From Nageia nagi (Eukaryota > Plantae > Pinophyta): a stretch of 64,000 nucleotides of DNA. Below, piece after piece: positions 27,501 to 41,600 of this stretch. The stretch covers positions 45,632,001 through 45,696,000 of the forward strand of contig JBITNC010000001.1 of NCBI GenBank assembly GCA_050084985.1, read 5' to 3'. Within the stretch, counting starts at the first letter, position 1; every line of letters starts with the position of its first letter. The notes beneath the pieces are model-generated. The model saw only the letters and a program-made list of their open reading frames with translations, was not told where the DNA came from and did no database searches. The position numbers and the translations under genes were made by a program.

Positions 27501-30500
27501 GGTGAATTTAGCAATGATGGTGATGACCAAGTGCTCCAATTTCTTGGTTAATTTATTTCTTGGTATGGAAGGATAACTAACATTAATTTGAAGTTGAAGG
27601 ATAATTGATTGGCAATCCTTATGGGTTTTATGTGTTGGAACTCATAGGCTCAATGGACTATCTCAATATTCCTATTTATAATCTCACTAATCAATTAATC
27701 ATCAAAAAATAAGAAATGGGTTGTGTCTTACATATTGTGTCATCAATTTCCTATGATGTGAGTGTTTGAATGGGTGGTTTGAAGGGTTTTACATATTGGC
27801 TAATGAGTGCATGATATGTGTCTAAGCATGAATTGGTCAATAGATGGTTACTTGTTCCTATTCATTAAGTGATGAGGTAATGTATGTTGGCTACTAGTGG
27901 TTTGTTTAATTGGTTTAATGGTAATGTTGGTGGCCTCTATCAAATTATTCTATTACAATATAGATAATTTTATGGGAAGTGGTAATGGTTATTGGTGTTG
28001 AAGTTGATGGGGTGGTGGAGATAGAAATAAGAACAAACATAAAGATAGAAACTAGAATTATAATTGGGGTTAGGAATCAAAGATTACTTGTATTAGTTGG
28101 GTGGTTTGGGTTGATTTGCCCAGTTGGATTTTTGATGACAACTATGCTCCTCCTCAATGATGGTATATGTTGATGCTCAATTATCAAAGACCTCCTTGGA
28201 AACTCTTTTTGGAGGTTTCTCTAGGTGGTCTTCTATGATTATTACTCCTCTATTATAGGTCCTTCATCAACATGTTATCTTTTTTATGGGGGTTGGAAGC
28301 TTTCATTCTCTATGGATTCAATGTCTGAATCCCATCCTTTTCTCTTTGTCATACTTTTTGATGATGATGGCATAGTTTTGATGGAACTTTGTTTTACCTT
28401 GGATTTTTACTCCTTCTGAAGTTGTTTAATGATTTACTAGCATTGACTATAATCAATCATGTATGGAAACCCTCCCATCAAGTGCAAAGAATTTGGATGG
28501 GTGTGCCTCAACAATATTTTGTTGGTAATCAATGTGAAAACATTGAATTACCATATATCTTCAAATCAATGATGGTTTGCTTTCATATTTTTTATGTGCC
28601 TCTGAATCATATTTTGCACCTCCTTTACCCATGCAATGAAGTTCACTACTCGATCATGTATGTAATTGTACACCTCTATAATTGATTATGTATTCTCCAT
28701 ATCGATTTATTCCATTATATTGATAACTTTCTCCTCTCTTTTAATCTTTGTTGAACTTTTAACTTTAGTTATTTAAAGGGTAGTCACAAAAAATGATCCC
28801 TTGGTGGTGAGGACTAGAAATGTTCCATACTTAAATATTGCATTCTTTTTTATTATGTTCTTGATTGAATAGTCATTCTACTACAAATTCTCCAAAAAGA
28901 TATTAGTGAGGGTGAATTCATTGTAATGATTTATTATTTTGTAAGCTACCATTGATTGGGTTGTAGTGAATCTATTAGTATTATTATTATAGTATAATCA
29001 TCTAGAAATGACTACTACCACTTCCTAGACATGGGGTAAGACAATGGGGTTAAGTTTGAAGGATTTTGTATTATTTTTTGCATCCATGAATTGTTGCACC
29101 AAGGTGGCTTTTATAGGATCCCTCCTTCCATAAAATAATCATGGCTGACTCCATTCCTATTCAATTTGATAAATTTCTTGACCACTTCCTCTATAATTGC
29201 ATATGCTCTATCTAGCCAAAGTACATTATTATTGTTGTGGTTGTATATGAATATTACCACATTCTTGCAAATGTAAAAAAATTGGTATGTTTAGTAGGTT
29301 CAAAAAGCCCACTAAGTTGAACACCTTTAGTTGCTCTAGTGTTAGCTTTTCTACATTTAGTTAGGCATTTATAACCTTGGGGTCCTCTAATTTCATGGTG
29401 TGGATGTACAACATGGATTCTTATATGCCTTCTACCTCATCTAGTACACCCATAAAATGGTAGTCTAACAAGGTTTCCACAAATTGATCTCTCTCCTAAT
29501 TTATCAGGTGTGGTTGCTTCTAGTTTGGTTTCATTTCCTCTACCTATGTCTTTAGATTCTTTGTTTTTGGTTTTTAATCCTACATCGATGGCTCTACAAC
29601 TCTTTGCTTCTTCTTAGCACTTCTACTACTACAATTGCAATGGTGGGATGGATTTTATTAATTTTCCAATTATGGTGTATCCTATTTATAAGGTTGAAAT
29701 TTGGTGAGTGGTATTACATGTGAGTGGGTGGTATCATAGCTTACTTGGTAGGTGTTAGAGACATGCATTGGTGGGTGAGGTGGTGTGTCATAGTCATTTA
29801 TTATTTCGATGGTGGTGTGTTGTCAACTATACTAGTGTTGTGGAATTCAATTATTTGCATCCCATTTTGTACTCTTCACTCATGTTAGCTAAATTCTCAA
29901 GGTTAGATATGGGTATCATGTAAGATATTCTTATAATACCAATGCAATTTAAACCTTTCATTTGTATTTCATATTTAATATCACACATGATTGTGGGGGA
30001 ATTTTAATTAATGCTTTAATATTTCATGGTTTAATATTTGGAGCCATATTTTTCTATAAATATGTTTGTATATTAATTCTTAGTAATTTTATTTTATTTT
30101 ATTTTCCTTGGTCTATTTTGATGTTGTCAAGGTTAAGGAACCAAAGGTAAAGATGATGCATTTGCTGGAGGGTGGTGGTATTTTGAACTTAGAATTGGAG
30201 TGGATGTTGTATTTGTTAGTGAATCACCATTGGAAGGCTCAAGAAGAAGCAAAGATATCAAAAGAAAATTGTACATTATAGGTGCTATCACAAGGAGTGA
30301 ATTTTTATGCTATTTGGAAGCTTCCATCTAGTTTTCTTCAACCCCACCATAAGTGGCAATAGTAAAATGGTTAGTAGAGGTGGTTATTCATCAATATTGT
30401 GTGGCTATAAGTCATAATGCTACATTATTTTTATTTTATAGACATGCGAGCTATGTATTTTTTGGTTGGTTTCAATTTGAATCCTATGATTGATATTAAC

Positions 30501-33500
30501 TCCTATATACTCCCTAACTTAATAAGGATTTTGGGTGCAATGTATAGACAAAATGCAAAAAGAAATATCCAAAGAAATTTTGACTATATAATGTAACTAA
30601 TCTATTCTACTATGTTACAAATGTACTTTTGTGTTGCTTTCATGTGTTGTTTATGCAAATATGGTATCTTTCCAAGTAGTATACTTATTTAATATATGGT
30701 TATTTACAAAACTAGATCAAACTTATCTATCTAACATTCATAATTATATGGTTTCTTCATCTTTAATATTATGGAATGTGTAAGGTCTAATCCATTGAAC
30801 TCTTGATTTCTTGGGATGATGTTTATACCAACTATCATATAAAAGAACTTGGTCACCAATTTTGAACTTTTTATTTTTACTATGTCTATCATGACATGAT
30901 TTTTGTCTATTATTTTTTGAATTTGGTTATATAATGTTATCCATTGATTCTCATTTAATTGTTTGAGAGTGTAGAGTCATTCCCATAGTGATTGATTTTC
31001 ATCAATTCATGTTACTTGTAAGATTTGTAGTGATGGAACTTGGAATTCCATAGGTACCATTACTTTGATTCCATAAACTAATTTGAATGGTATTTTCTTA
31101 TTTAGTATTTTATAAGTTATTTTGTATGCCCAAAGTATGGCTAATAACTTTTCCTCCCAATTTAATCATCCTGACTAAAATGAGGAGCTCTGAATATATT
31201 GAACCATAAAGTTTGTAAGTAACTTATTAATGGTCTGATTGACAAAATGCTTTCCTTGGTCATTGATAATTTCTTTTGAATATCTGAACCTTGTAATTAT
31301 ATTTTCATATATGTACTTAGATATTGTTAACCTTATGCAATCTTTCATGACTTCTGCTTCTACCCACTAAATGAGATATTCTATTCTAGTAATAATATAT
31401 CTTGCCCTTAAATTCCATTTTAAAGGTGATATTGGACCAAGAAAGTCATTCATCAACTTTTCAAATGGTTATAAGGGTAGTACTAGTTGAAGTGGGAGTT
31501 CATCTCGGGTAGACTGTCGATCAATTCTTTGATAAATATTGCAATTATTAGCATAGAAGTGGGAATTATAGTGGAGGGTGGGCCACTAATGCTTGACTTA
31601 TAGTACTTTTTTACTTGTTACATCTCCATCAAAATGATTGTTATTTATTCCATCATGTGCTTCCTTAAGAATATTATATCATTTGTGTGGGAGTGTTATT
31701 GTTCAATTTACTTCATCCATAGCTACCTTGTAAAGTTCACCTGATATAAGGTTAAATGGTATTTATTTAATAAGTAATTTCCTTTATTCCTTCAAGGATA
31801 AGTCATCAAGTAATTATCCTAATATTAGAAAGGTTGCTATTTCAATGAAGTCATGTGGAACTTCTTCAACTCAAAATAGGTGAGCTCTTGGTAGGTCTTC
31901 ATTAATTTTTGATGTTTCACCATTATCAATTCTACATAACATATCAAGAACCACATTCAAGTTTCTTTATTTAACAACCACTTTGAATGTGAAACAAGAA
32001 TAGCCACCAACAAATTCTTCTTTAGATAACTAGTTTGTTGAGAAGGTAGCATAGAGCCTCATGATCTGTGAAGAAAATAAATATTGTGGCTAATAGATAA
32101 TGATGAAATTTTTGAAGAGTGTATACAATGGTTAGTGCTTCTTATTTGGTGATAATATATTTATTTTATGTATCCATCATTTTATGGTTGGTAAAGTAAA
32201 CTAGATGATCGATCTTACCTTCATTGGGTTGTGCTAATATTACTTTGATTACTTGAATGCTCGAATCTACATGCATGTGAAACTCCTTAGTCCAAAAAGG
32301 AAATATTAGTATTGGGTCTTTAGATAGTTTGAGTTTTAATGTATCAAATTTCTCTTGCTATTACATTATGACCAATAAAATAGTCAATTTTTCTTGGTTA
32401 AGTCATTGATAGGAGCAACTAAAGCTACATAGTTTTTGATATATTTCCTATAGTATCCTTTCAATCCTATGAACCTTATTACTTCTTTTACTATTTTAGG
32501 TGGGGGTATGTTCACTAGTACTATAATATTTGCTAGGTCCACCATCAATCCTTCTTTACAAATTGTATTCCCTAGTAGTATTCCATTTGGCATAGTGAAG
32601 AAGCAATTTTTTAGATTAAGTGATATTTGAAGTTATTTACATCATTCAAACATTAATATTAATGTTTGGACATGATTTTTTATTAAGCCATATATCATCC
32701 ATTCATCTAGGTAAATGTCTAAAAAGTCATGATAAAGTCTTTAAAGGCTTGAATCATAATTTAGGAGAAAACAGCTAGAGCTTTTTTATGTCTATATGGC
32801 ATAATGTTATACATGAAAATCACCACTTAGTTATGAATGTTATTTTTGGATGATATTCCTTTGCAATTTGGACTTAGTGCTATTTGGAGAAACTGCTACT
32901 AAAGGAGTAGACTTCATTAATAGCCATATTTTCTATATTTCCCTCTATAAATGATGTGGGGAAGGGATCATGTTCATAGGATTTATTGAGTACCTAAAAA
33001 CCTACACAATCCTCAAATCATCTATCTTTTTATGTTGGATTACCATAGGGCTAATCCATTTAGTGTTATTAATAGGTGATATGATACATGGTTCCAACAT
33101 TCAGTCTAATGTATCTTTTACTTGTACTTATAATTCAATTTTAACCAATATGATCTTTATTTTCTAGGTTTATAGTCTAATTTTAATCATATTTGCATTG
33201 TTCCAATCTCTTCATTTATTCCTCGTAGTTACATCATATTATGTGGGAATAGATCTTGGTATTCAACTAATATCTCTACAATTTTATTTACTTCATCTTT
33301 TATCCAATAGTCACCTATGATAGCCATTTTTGGTTCTACTTGTGTACCATTATTTAATTTCATTATTTTAATCTCTTCATCATATTTAAATTTCATCTAT
33401 TTTTTTGTCATAACTTCTCTTTCACTTTTCACTACTTTGTATTTAAGGTTCTCCAATTTTTTCATCTGGTTCCTTTGGGTCTGTTTATTTTAGCATTTTG

Positions 33501-36500
33501 GCTATATTTTTAACCATTGGAAAGGGATGTATAGTTATTAGTATTATATTAGGTTGGGTTGTTTTTGAATAGATTACTCTTATAGTAGTTGGTTCTGTGA
33601 GTAGAAACTTTTTTATTTGTAATAAACATTTATGAGTTGAGGTATGGTCATCATAAAATTGAAACATATGGATGAAGGTTGTTTAGATCATATCCCAATC
33701 ATTTATTCCTCTTTGGAGTTCTTGGTGTATGTACCAAGTAGGTGGAATAGTGCCTAATTTCTAGTGGAATATGTGTACCCAAGTGTTGGGTTGAAGATTG
33801 GTTGAATTTTTCCAAATGATTCACATAGTGCAATTTGCTTTATGGGGTCTTCATCACCTAAATACTTATCGATAGTGTTTATTATCAAATATGGAGTAAT
33901 AAAATGTAATTGATATGTGGTACATTACCTTATCCCATGACATTAAATTCATCGATGTATGTCCCACCATCTTGTAGTTGTTCCAATGAGGATGTATTTA
34001 AGTGCATTAATTTTATCTTCTTCATTAGGAAAGTTTTAATCATGGCTTAAAAAATTCATGTAGAGGAACTATCTTCATAGTGTCATCAAATTTTGGTAGT
34101 TTTTCCTGACATACATCCTTTGAAATTTGGCACACCCAATGTCCTAACATAGTTTAGCATGCTCTTTTTGAGTGTAATTTGTGGTTTCTTGCATTCCACA
34201 TCATTGCGATAATTTTAGAGTTAGAATCTAAGGAACCATTATGGAAAGTCAATTGACCATCATCTATGGGGTTAATGTAATCTTAGAATACATCTAATTT
34301 TTTTCTTATAGTTAGAGCATATTTTTCATTTAAGTGATCAAATCACTTCCATTTACTGCTTTTATTGTCATTGCTTTAATTTGGTGCTTGGTATCTGCCC
34401 CTCTCATGCCTTTATTCAATGGAATGTGCACTTCATAGTCATTGTTAGATAGGACTAGCTATTGGGTCTTATTGTTTATGATTCCATTATTATATACAAA
34501 CCATTATAAGTTTAGTAAAGTGATGTATTCTAAATTTTATGTATCAGTCATATCGATCACATCAAATGTAGTTATGAAGGTGATTCCTAAAAACAAAACT
34601 AGCATATCTCATAATAATACTAAAGATCAAACTAATGAGCCATCAGCTAATGAAATTTATATTTTGTTGGCTATAAGGGGGGTACCCTAATTATTTCCAT
34701 GTTCCAATAGGTAAGAGGTTTATATCGATAATTAAATCTAGCATGAGTTCTTTGCAAGCTTACCATTCTATATCACTTCAATCAAATATGGAATTCTTTT
34801 TCCAATGCTTTACATACTCATTTTTGGATGTGTTTCTTGTTCTAATACTTGGATAGTTGTATTATTTTTGGTAGTAAATCTCATCATTCAAAAAATTTAC
34901 ATAACCTTTTTAATAGTGTATTTTCTCTTCTTTTAGTTGTTGAAAGGATGATTATGGTTGACTTACTTGATAACCCTACTTTTGTAATGTTTCAATGATT
35001 TGTTGAGTTGTTTTGATGATGTCATGATGTTTTTCAAGATCTAAATATTTTATTTCTAGGATAATTTATTGGATTACTAATTCAGTAAAATCTATTTTAT
35101 TTTCTTGTGACCTAGTTATTATACACATTGATGATGCATCTAGAGCGATCTATCCTCTTAGGATCGAAGTTGAGTGTATTAGGTTATCTAGAAAACTTGT
35201 TTTAGCTAAGGTAGCTCTAGAATTAGTAGAGAATGGTACTCATTAAGTGGATTTTATATTTGAATTGTTATTATTGTTGGGTTTAGACATTCTAGCTTGC
35301 ATATCCTAAAATAGTTTAGGGTAATCTATGAAACTATGATCATTCATCATTTGGTAAAATTAACACCTTAAAAATGCATGAGGATGTGGAAAGTCATATT
35401 TTTGGTGAGGGAAATTATCACAGTTAAAGCATTGGGGTCAATAGCCTCCTTTACCATCTTGATATCCTACTTTGTATCCACCTCCTCTACCATGTTCACC
35501 TCCTTTGTTATCATATCGATCATTAGGTGCATTGTATATTCTCATGGTTATTGTTGTTGAGTAGAGATAATAACGGGAATATATGTAACTCAATTCATTA
35601 ATGAATGATGTTGGTATTTATTTGATGGATTTGAATTTTGATGCTTGATATTGTAGTCTTGTAAATTTTCATGGGTTCCCTTGTAAGTCTTCCTTAATGT
35701 CCTCTAAAAATTCCTTGCCTCAACATTAATGAGTCCAATAATTTTGGGATCCATAAGTTCAAATACTCATTTTTCCATCTATGAATGCATGAAATTCAAT
35801 AGTGTTGGCAATATTCTTGATCAAATTTTTGAAGTTTTGTTCATTCATTTTCCAAATTTCCTTCTTTGGTACAAATTTGATACAAAATTTCTCTACGCTA
35901 TGAAGGCATTGTAGATTTTCCTTATGTCAATAGTTTGTTAATTTGTTCTATTAGTTTTATTAGTTAACTAGACAAATCATCATTAACAATATTCAATCAC
36001 CATGGTTGGGATTCAATCTCAATTGCTACCTATAAGTTATTGATATACATTGGGTATATTTTCTCCATGGCTCTTTTGAACTCCAATCGTAGCCCAAAAA
36101 TGAACCATTCCACTTTCTATTTTTCTATCATTGGTTCTTGAAGTCTCCTTTGAGTGAATTTAAATCTTGTGTCATACTCTTGTACTATTTCCCTAGGTCC
36201 CATTATTAGGTTGCATATTTTACTTATGCTTTCTAGTCCAGCTTCAAGAAAATGTATTAATCTTTGAAAGCTACTTTAATCTCATTCCATGTTTTCATTA
36301 TTCATCCTTAGATAAGATCTATGAATTTCATATACCATTTTAATACTTTTTCCTATAATTTGGCTATAAATTTGATATAAATGTACCCTCATCTATAACA
36401 CATCACCTTATCCAATCATTTTTTAGTACAAATAAGTGCTCCTTTGATTCATTGGTATCTTTTTGGAAGATAGGTAATTTAGTGGAAGCATCCATTTGTT

Positions 36501-38670
36501 ATTGGTTGTGTTGTTAGATTCAAGGTTTATGTTTTCTCTATTGGTTAGGTTGAGGATTTGGTATCATCTATTGATGATGTTGATTGGATGTCCTAGGATT
36601 GTCCCTTTGCAGTTGTATATCAAAATAGTTTTCACCTATAACTTCAAAAATATCCTTAAATGGAGGTTTTTTTACTTCCTCTATAATGGGAGTTAAGGAT
36701 TTTCATTGATTTTTGGGCTACTTAAAGGGAGAAGATAAACTTCTTTAAACTTCTAGGTCATCTAGTGGTACAAAGGGTAGGGAGAAGTTATGGAGGAATA
36801 AGTATTCAATATATCATCTCTTTTAATTGATTATGCTAGTTCAGGTCATATTATTATATATTTTGGGGGTAAAGGGTACTATAGCTCTTTTTGTAATTTT
36901 TGAGGTCTCTTCATCTATTTGTTGTTTAGAGTTTTCTATTACTTTTTTTTTTATTATTTAGCTAGGTAATTTTGTATGTTCTATCTCTAATATTTGTTGA
37001 TATTGGGTGGTAATGGACATAAGCAAGAATAGTGTTGATAAATTGATGGTGATAGCCCCTATTACTCTCTTAATCCATCGAGAGGTAGCATAAGTTAGCT
37101 GAGAAAGGTTTCTCTTCTTTGATATTTGTGATGTTGAGGTATAGGGTTGATGATATAAAGTTCATGGTTTGTGATCTCTAGTTATACAAGTTCATCTATC
37201 TAGCCTTTGTTATTAGGTATTTAATATCCCTATCGGTGATCTCATTTAGTTGGTTGATGAAAGGTTGAGTCATATTATCTAATATAATATCAAATAAATT
37301 TAAGAGGAGTGCTCCTTTAAGATTCTTAGGTGGGCTTACTAATGGTCCATATGAGTTATCATCATACTTGTATGTATGTTTCTCTACTACTATGAATCCT
37401 TATATAATAATAATTCCCTTAGTATTCACCACTACTATTAGTGGTCATAGTTCATTAGTAGGTATATCCTTGATGGTATCCTTGTTTTTCATTGATTAAG
37501 GGTGAATCTTATCTTTAGTCATTCCTTCTTCAATATTGCACCCACTTTCCACATGATCATGTATCGATTCTTGAGCTTCTATTATGTTATCTTTCAAATT
37601 TATACCTAACAGTGAACTTTGTTCCCTATTCCTATCGATCTCCATTTGTATCTTCCTCATTTCTCTATCCTTTCATTATTGATCCCATAATCTATTATCA
37701 TAAAATCATCTTAGTACAATCAAACTTATGTTTGAACTTGCTTCCTCTTCTTTCTTAATCATTGTATGTTCCTCAGCTTTCAAATTTACCACTTATTTTT
37801 TGATCCTATCTACTTTATATAAGTTCTCCTTTCCAATTGTTGCATCTCTTCCCCCTGTACCCTTTAGTTATCCCATATCAATTTATTTAATCTTCTTTCC
37901 CTCCATATTATCCCCCTACCCCTGGGTTCCTACCCCTTAAAATTATGAGAGAGTGTTTGGGATATCTCCTTGCTCAATCAGATATCATTTATAGATATAT
38001 TATAGGTTTTCTAAAAGTATTTTCCTAGGTCCCCTAAAGAATCTTTCTCTACCTTCTTCCCACCACATCTAGTCTTGTAATGTGAATTTGGTGGTGTAGG
38101 TATCTTAGGTACTTTATACCCACTCTTTGACATTATATATTTAATATTATATTGATTGTTCTAGTTGTAGCAAGTTCTCTTTATCCCAATTGGTTTCTAG
38201 AATAAGAAGTTGTGTTTTAAATTATTTCTGCTTGGTTATCCACTTTAGAAATATGTCTAAAAATTTGCAAAAAATAATCTTGTAGCTTTTGTATTCATGA
38301 ATCTAACCAATTGATTTGGCTTTACCATATTATGTCCATCAAATAATCCACCTCATAAATTTTTTCAATTCCCTCAAGAACCACTCTTGTAGTGATTTTT
38401 GTGAAGGAAGAAAAGGTACTTGCTTGTAACTATTACTTTGCATTCCACTCAATCATCAAATCCTCCAATTTGTAGATGTCCCTGCAACAAAATTATTAAT
38501 CGATCGAATTAGTCGATAAGATTCTTATCTGGAATCGAGAATCAATGGATAAATGAAAAATAAGAATATAAATGTAAGTAATTTAGTTACAAGAATAGTG
38601 GATCAAACATTATAAGAGAATTAATAAAATCAGTTAAAAATTATATGATTACTAAACATATGGCTCTCAA
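24532..38670 (-). mobile_element. Gypsy D: large decayed non-chromovirus Ty3/gypsy element with short LTRs and extra ORF regions
   Basis: 3' LTR 24532-24798 with PPT (tcctcccc 24799-24806); homologous 5' LTR from 38494, cut at ~38670. gag ~35500-36500, protease ~34600-34800, RT DFLDIYLDEWMIYG (~32690-32730) and GILLGNTICKEGLMVD, RNase H ~31900-32300. Integrase zinc finger LKEAHDG...WPTLH...CNIYQRI and PFEK..DFLGPI (~31420-31680). Confidence 0.85.
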
Positions 38671-41600
38671 TCATATGAAGAGAATAAAAATACAAAGTTG
38701 TAAAGTAAATAAAATATTTTATATTATGAGTTTTGTAAATGGTATCATAATATTACAATAATCTCTTCTATATATTTGAAAAAGGAAACTTAAAACCTAT
38801 TTATAGATACAAATGATATAGTATTAGAGACTCCAAGAAATATGATAGATCATAGTCTGCTTATTGAATTAAGAAAATATAAATGAAATCTATCATAAAA
38901 AAATAGGCATCCCTGTATATACATCCAAGGAATATATGATCATATTATGAGCAGTAAAACTCAACTACATGCCTACAAAAGGAAACAAATATCAATAGGT
39001 GAAGATGCAATCCACCATGTAGAAATTGTTGGAGGAGATATGTGTATGTGGAAGATGTGACCAAAATGAGAATTCAAATTTGAAATTAACTTCCTTTATT
39101 CTACCCCTTAATGTGAATGTGTTGAACTCTAATATGATTCTAAATACTAAGGAATTGATCCTTTAGTAAGGATTTAGTGAAGATATCTACTAGTTGGTTG
39201 GTAGTAGGACAAAACATGAATTCAAGGAATCCATCATTCACCAAGTATCTCATACAATGGTGTTGGATATCTATATACTTTCTCCTACTATGAAACATTA
39301 TATTCTTGGTCATTACAATGGTGTTGGTATTGTTAGATTGGATGGGAATAGGTTGGAGAAGTTCCATACCTAAATCCTTAAACAATTAAGCCATCCAAAT
39401 GGCTTGTATGCAAGGAGAGGAGGTATCCATATATTACATTTATGCAATATAAAGAGAAACTATCTATTGCTTCATATTTCTCCATGAGATGGGGGATTCA
39501 TTAAAGAAGAAGGCATAGCCATATTTTGGTGTCTCGCTCACTCCCACACAAGGAAGTGGTACGTTCATCCTAATTGTGCTCTTTTAGCTTTTTAGGCATA
39601 TTTTTGTATTTTTAGAGTAAATTTAGAAATATTAATATAATTTGGACAATAATAAAGTCCTTTTCTATGTAAAGTTCCACTTGGAGTCTCTCCAACATAG
39701 GATTTATTATTTATTATTTTGATTAGATAAATTATTTGTAATTGCATGTGCCATTGAAAGATGTAAAACAAAATATTGTAATTTGCAATACAAAGATATA
39801 TTATATTTATAAATGCAATATTAGTCTCCTTTAATTAGACATTGCATATCTTGGTCTTTGTAAATTATAATTTAGCATCTTGAGGTAATTAGAAGCTTAT
39901 CAATGTACCTTAGCTTCTCTCTAAGTTGGATGTTCTACTAGAGGTAAAGCATGATGATTCCTAGAAGGTGACACTGATCACAAACCATAAAAGACACCAA
40001 GAGTGAGGTGTGGCACTTAGAAGAGAAATTTGGCATTATTGGATGAGAATTTATGGATCCTAATGTACCCATGGATGAATCTAGACCCTATGACTTGCTC
40101 CTATTTATCCCAAGGTTGGCATAGGATAGGAAGGACATTCAAAGGCTATAAAAGAAAGAGATTTGGATTCATTTGGATGCGCTTAGGTTATTTCTTCTCT
40201 TTTAAATTGGATTTAAGGTGTCAACTCTCTTCCTACCCTTATGAATGAAAACCTACCTAGAAATACTTGAGGTCACCTTAATAATTAACAGATTATTGCT
40301 TTGAAGAATAGCATCCCTCATAAGGCACAACTAGCTATCTAGGGATGTTGGCATCACCCTAGATTATCTTAACATTACTAGTGGGACCTTGGAGTCTCAA
40401 CCATAGATGATTGGAGGATGAAGCCCTAGTACAAGCCTTACCTCTATTAAGGATTTTATTATTCAAAAAATCATAGAGATCTATGGAATCATCCCTAGGG
40501 TACTCTTGCTTTGGAATTAAAGGCATGTAATTTGGTTCTCTTTGCAATATTATTCAAATTACATTTGTGGTCTTAATTATAATGTTACTTTTATGATATC
40601 ATGCCCTTGTTGCATGGGCATTGCATTTTGAAGGTTAATTACTAATTTTATACACTTAATTTATAGTCATTGGAATATTTTCTTAAGATCTTACTATTAC
40701 TAAATAAATAATTACATTGGAGTGAGCTCTTATTGAGATATGTTATTTTTGGCTTAAACATTGGCTTTCTAGTTTTAATTTTGGCTTTTGGACTTAGATT
40801 ACATTGATATTTTGCACTTAAGACCAAATTTCTACATTGTATGGGTAATATTAGAGCATTTTAGGTATTTAAAGTGCATAAATAGCTTGATTTAAATTTT
40901 CTATGAATTTTAGCAATTTTTATGAGTCCTATTTGGACAATTCTAGAGCGGCCCTTATTCAAAATATTTTAGTATTATTAGAGACTAAGATTTGGCATAC
41001 CTAATGGGAAATAAGGAGATTAGAGTGGTTACAAACCTATGATATATCTGAGGAAGAGAAAAGAGAAAATTTTAAAATAATTTTAGTGGATATGAAGCAC
41101 CTCAAGTAAATTTTATCATCAAGATCCAATCTTTGAGCACCTGAAGGAAGACATTGGGGATTCCTTCATCAAAACATGGCATTTAAAGGATTTAAGATGT
41201 TCATGGACCATTAAGGAGAGTAATGTTAGATATTTTAGCACCATAACTGAAGAATCCAAAGCACCATAACTCAATTTTAGAAATAAGAGTCATCTTGGAA
41301 GTTCATTGAGGTTGAGGGAGCATCTTGAGCTTCTACTCTTGGGCCATTTGGAGGAAGGTTTTGCATCACATTTCAAGAATATGATTCATTTAAAGAATAA
41401 CATTGAGGATGAAAAGTCACATTCTACATTTTATGATAAGTTTGGTCCTATACCTATAGATCCTATATCCATTACACCTTAAAGGGATACCAAAGTCAGA
41501 TCTAGTGTTAATAATTTGCAATAGAGATCAAATTCTCAATAAAATCTTAGGACTAAGGTAATTTTAGTAATATTTCATAAGGATATTTGCATACTCCTAG

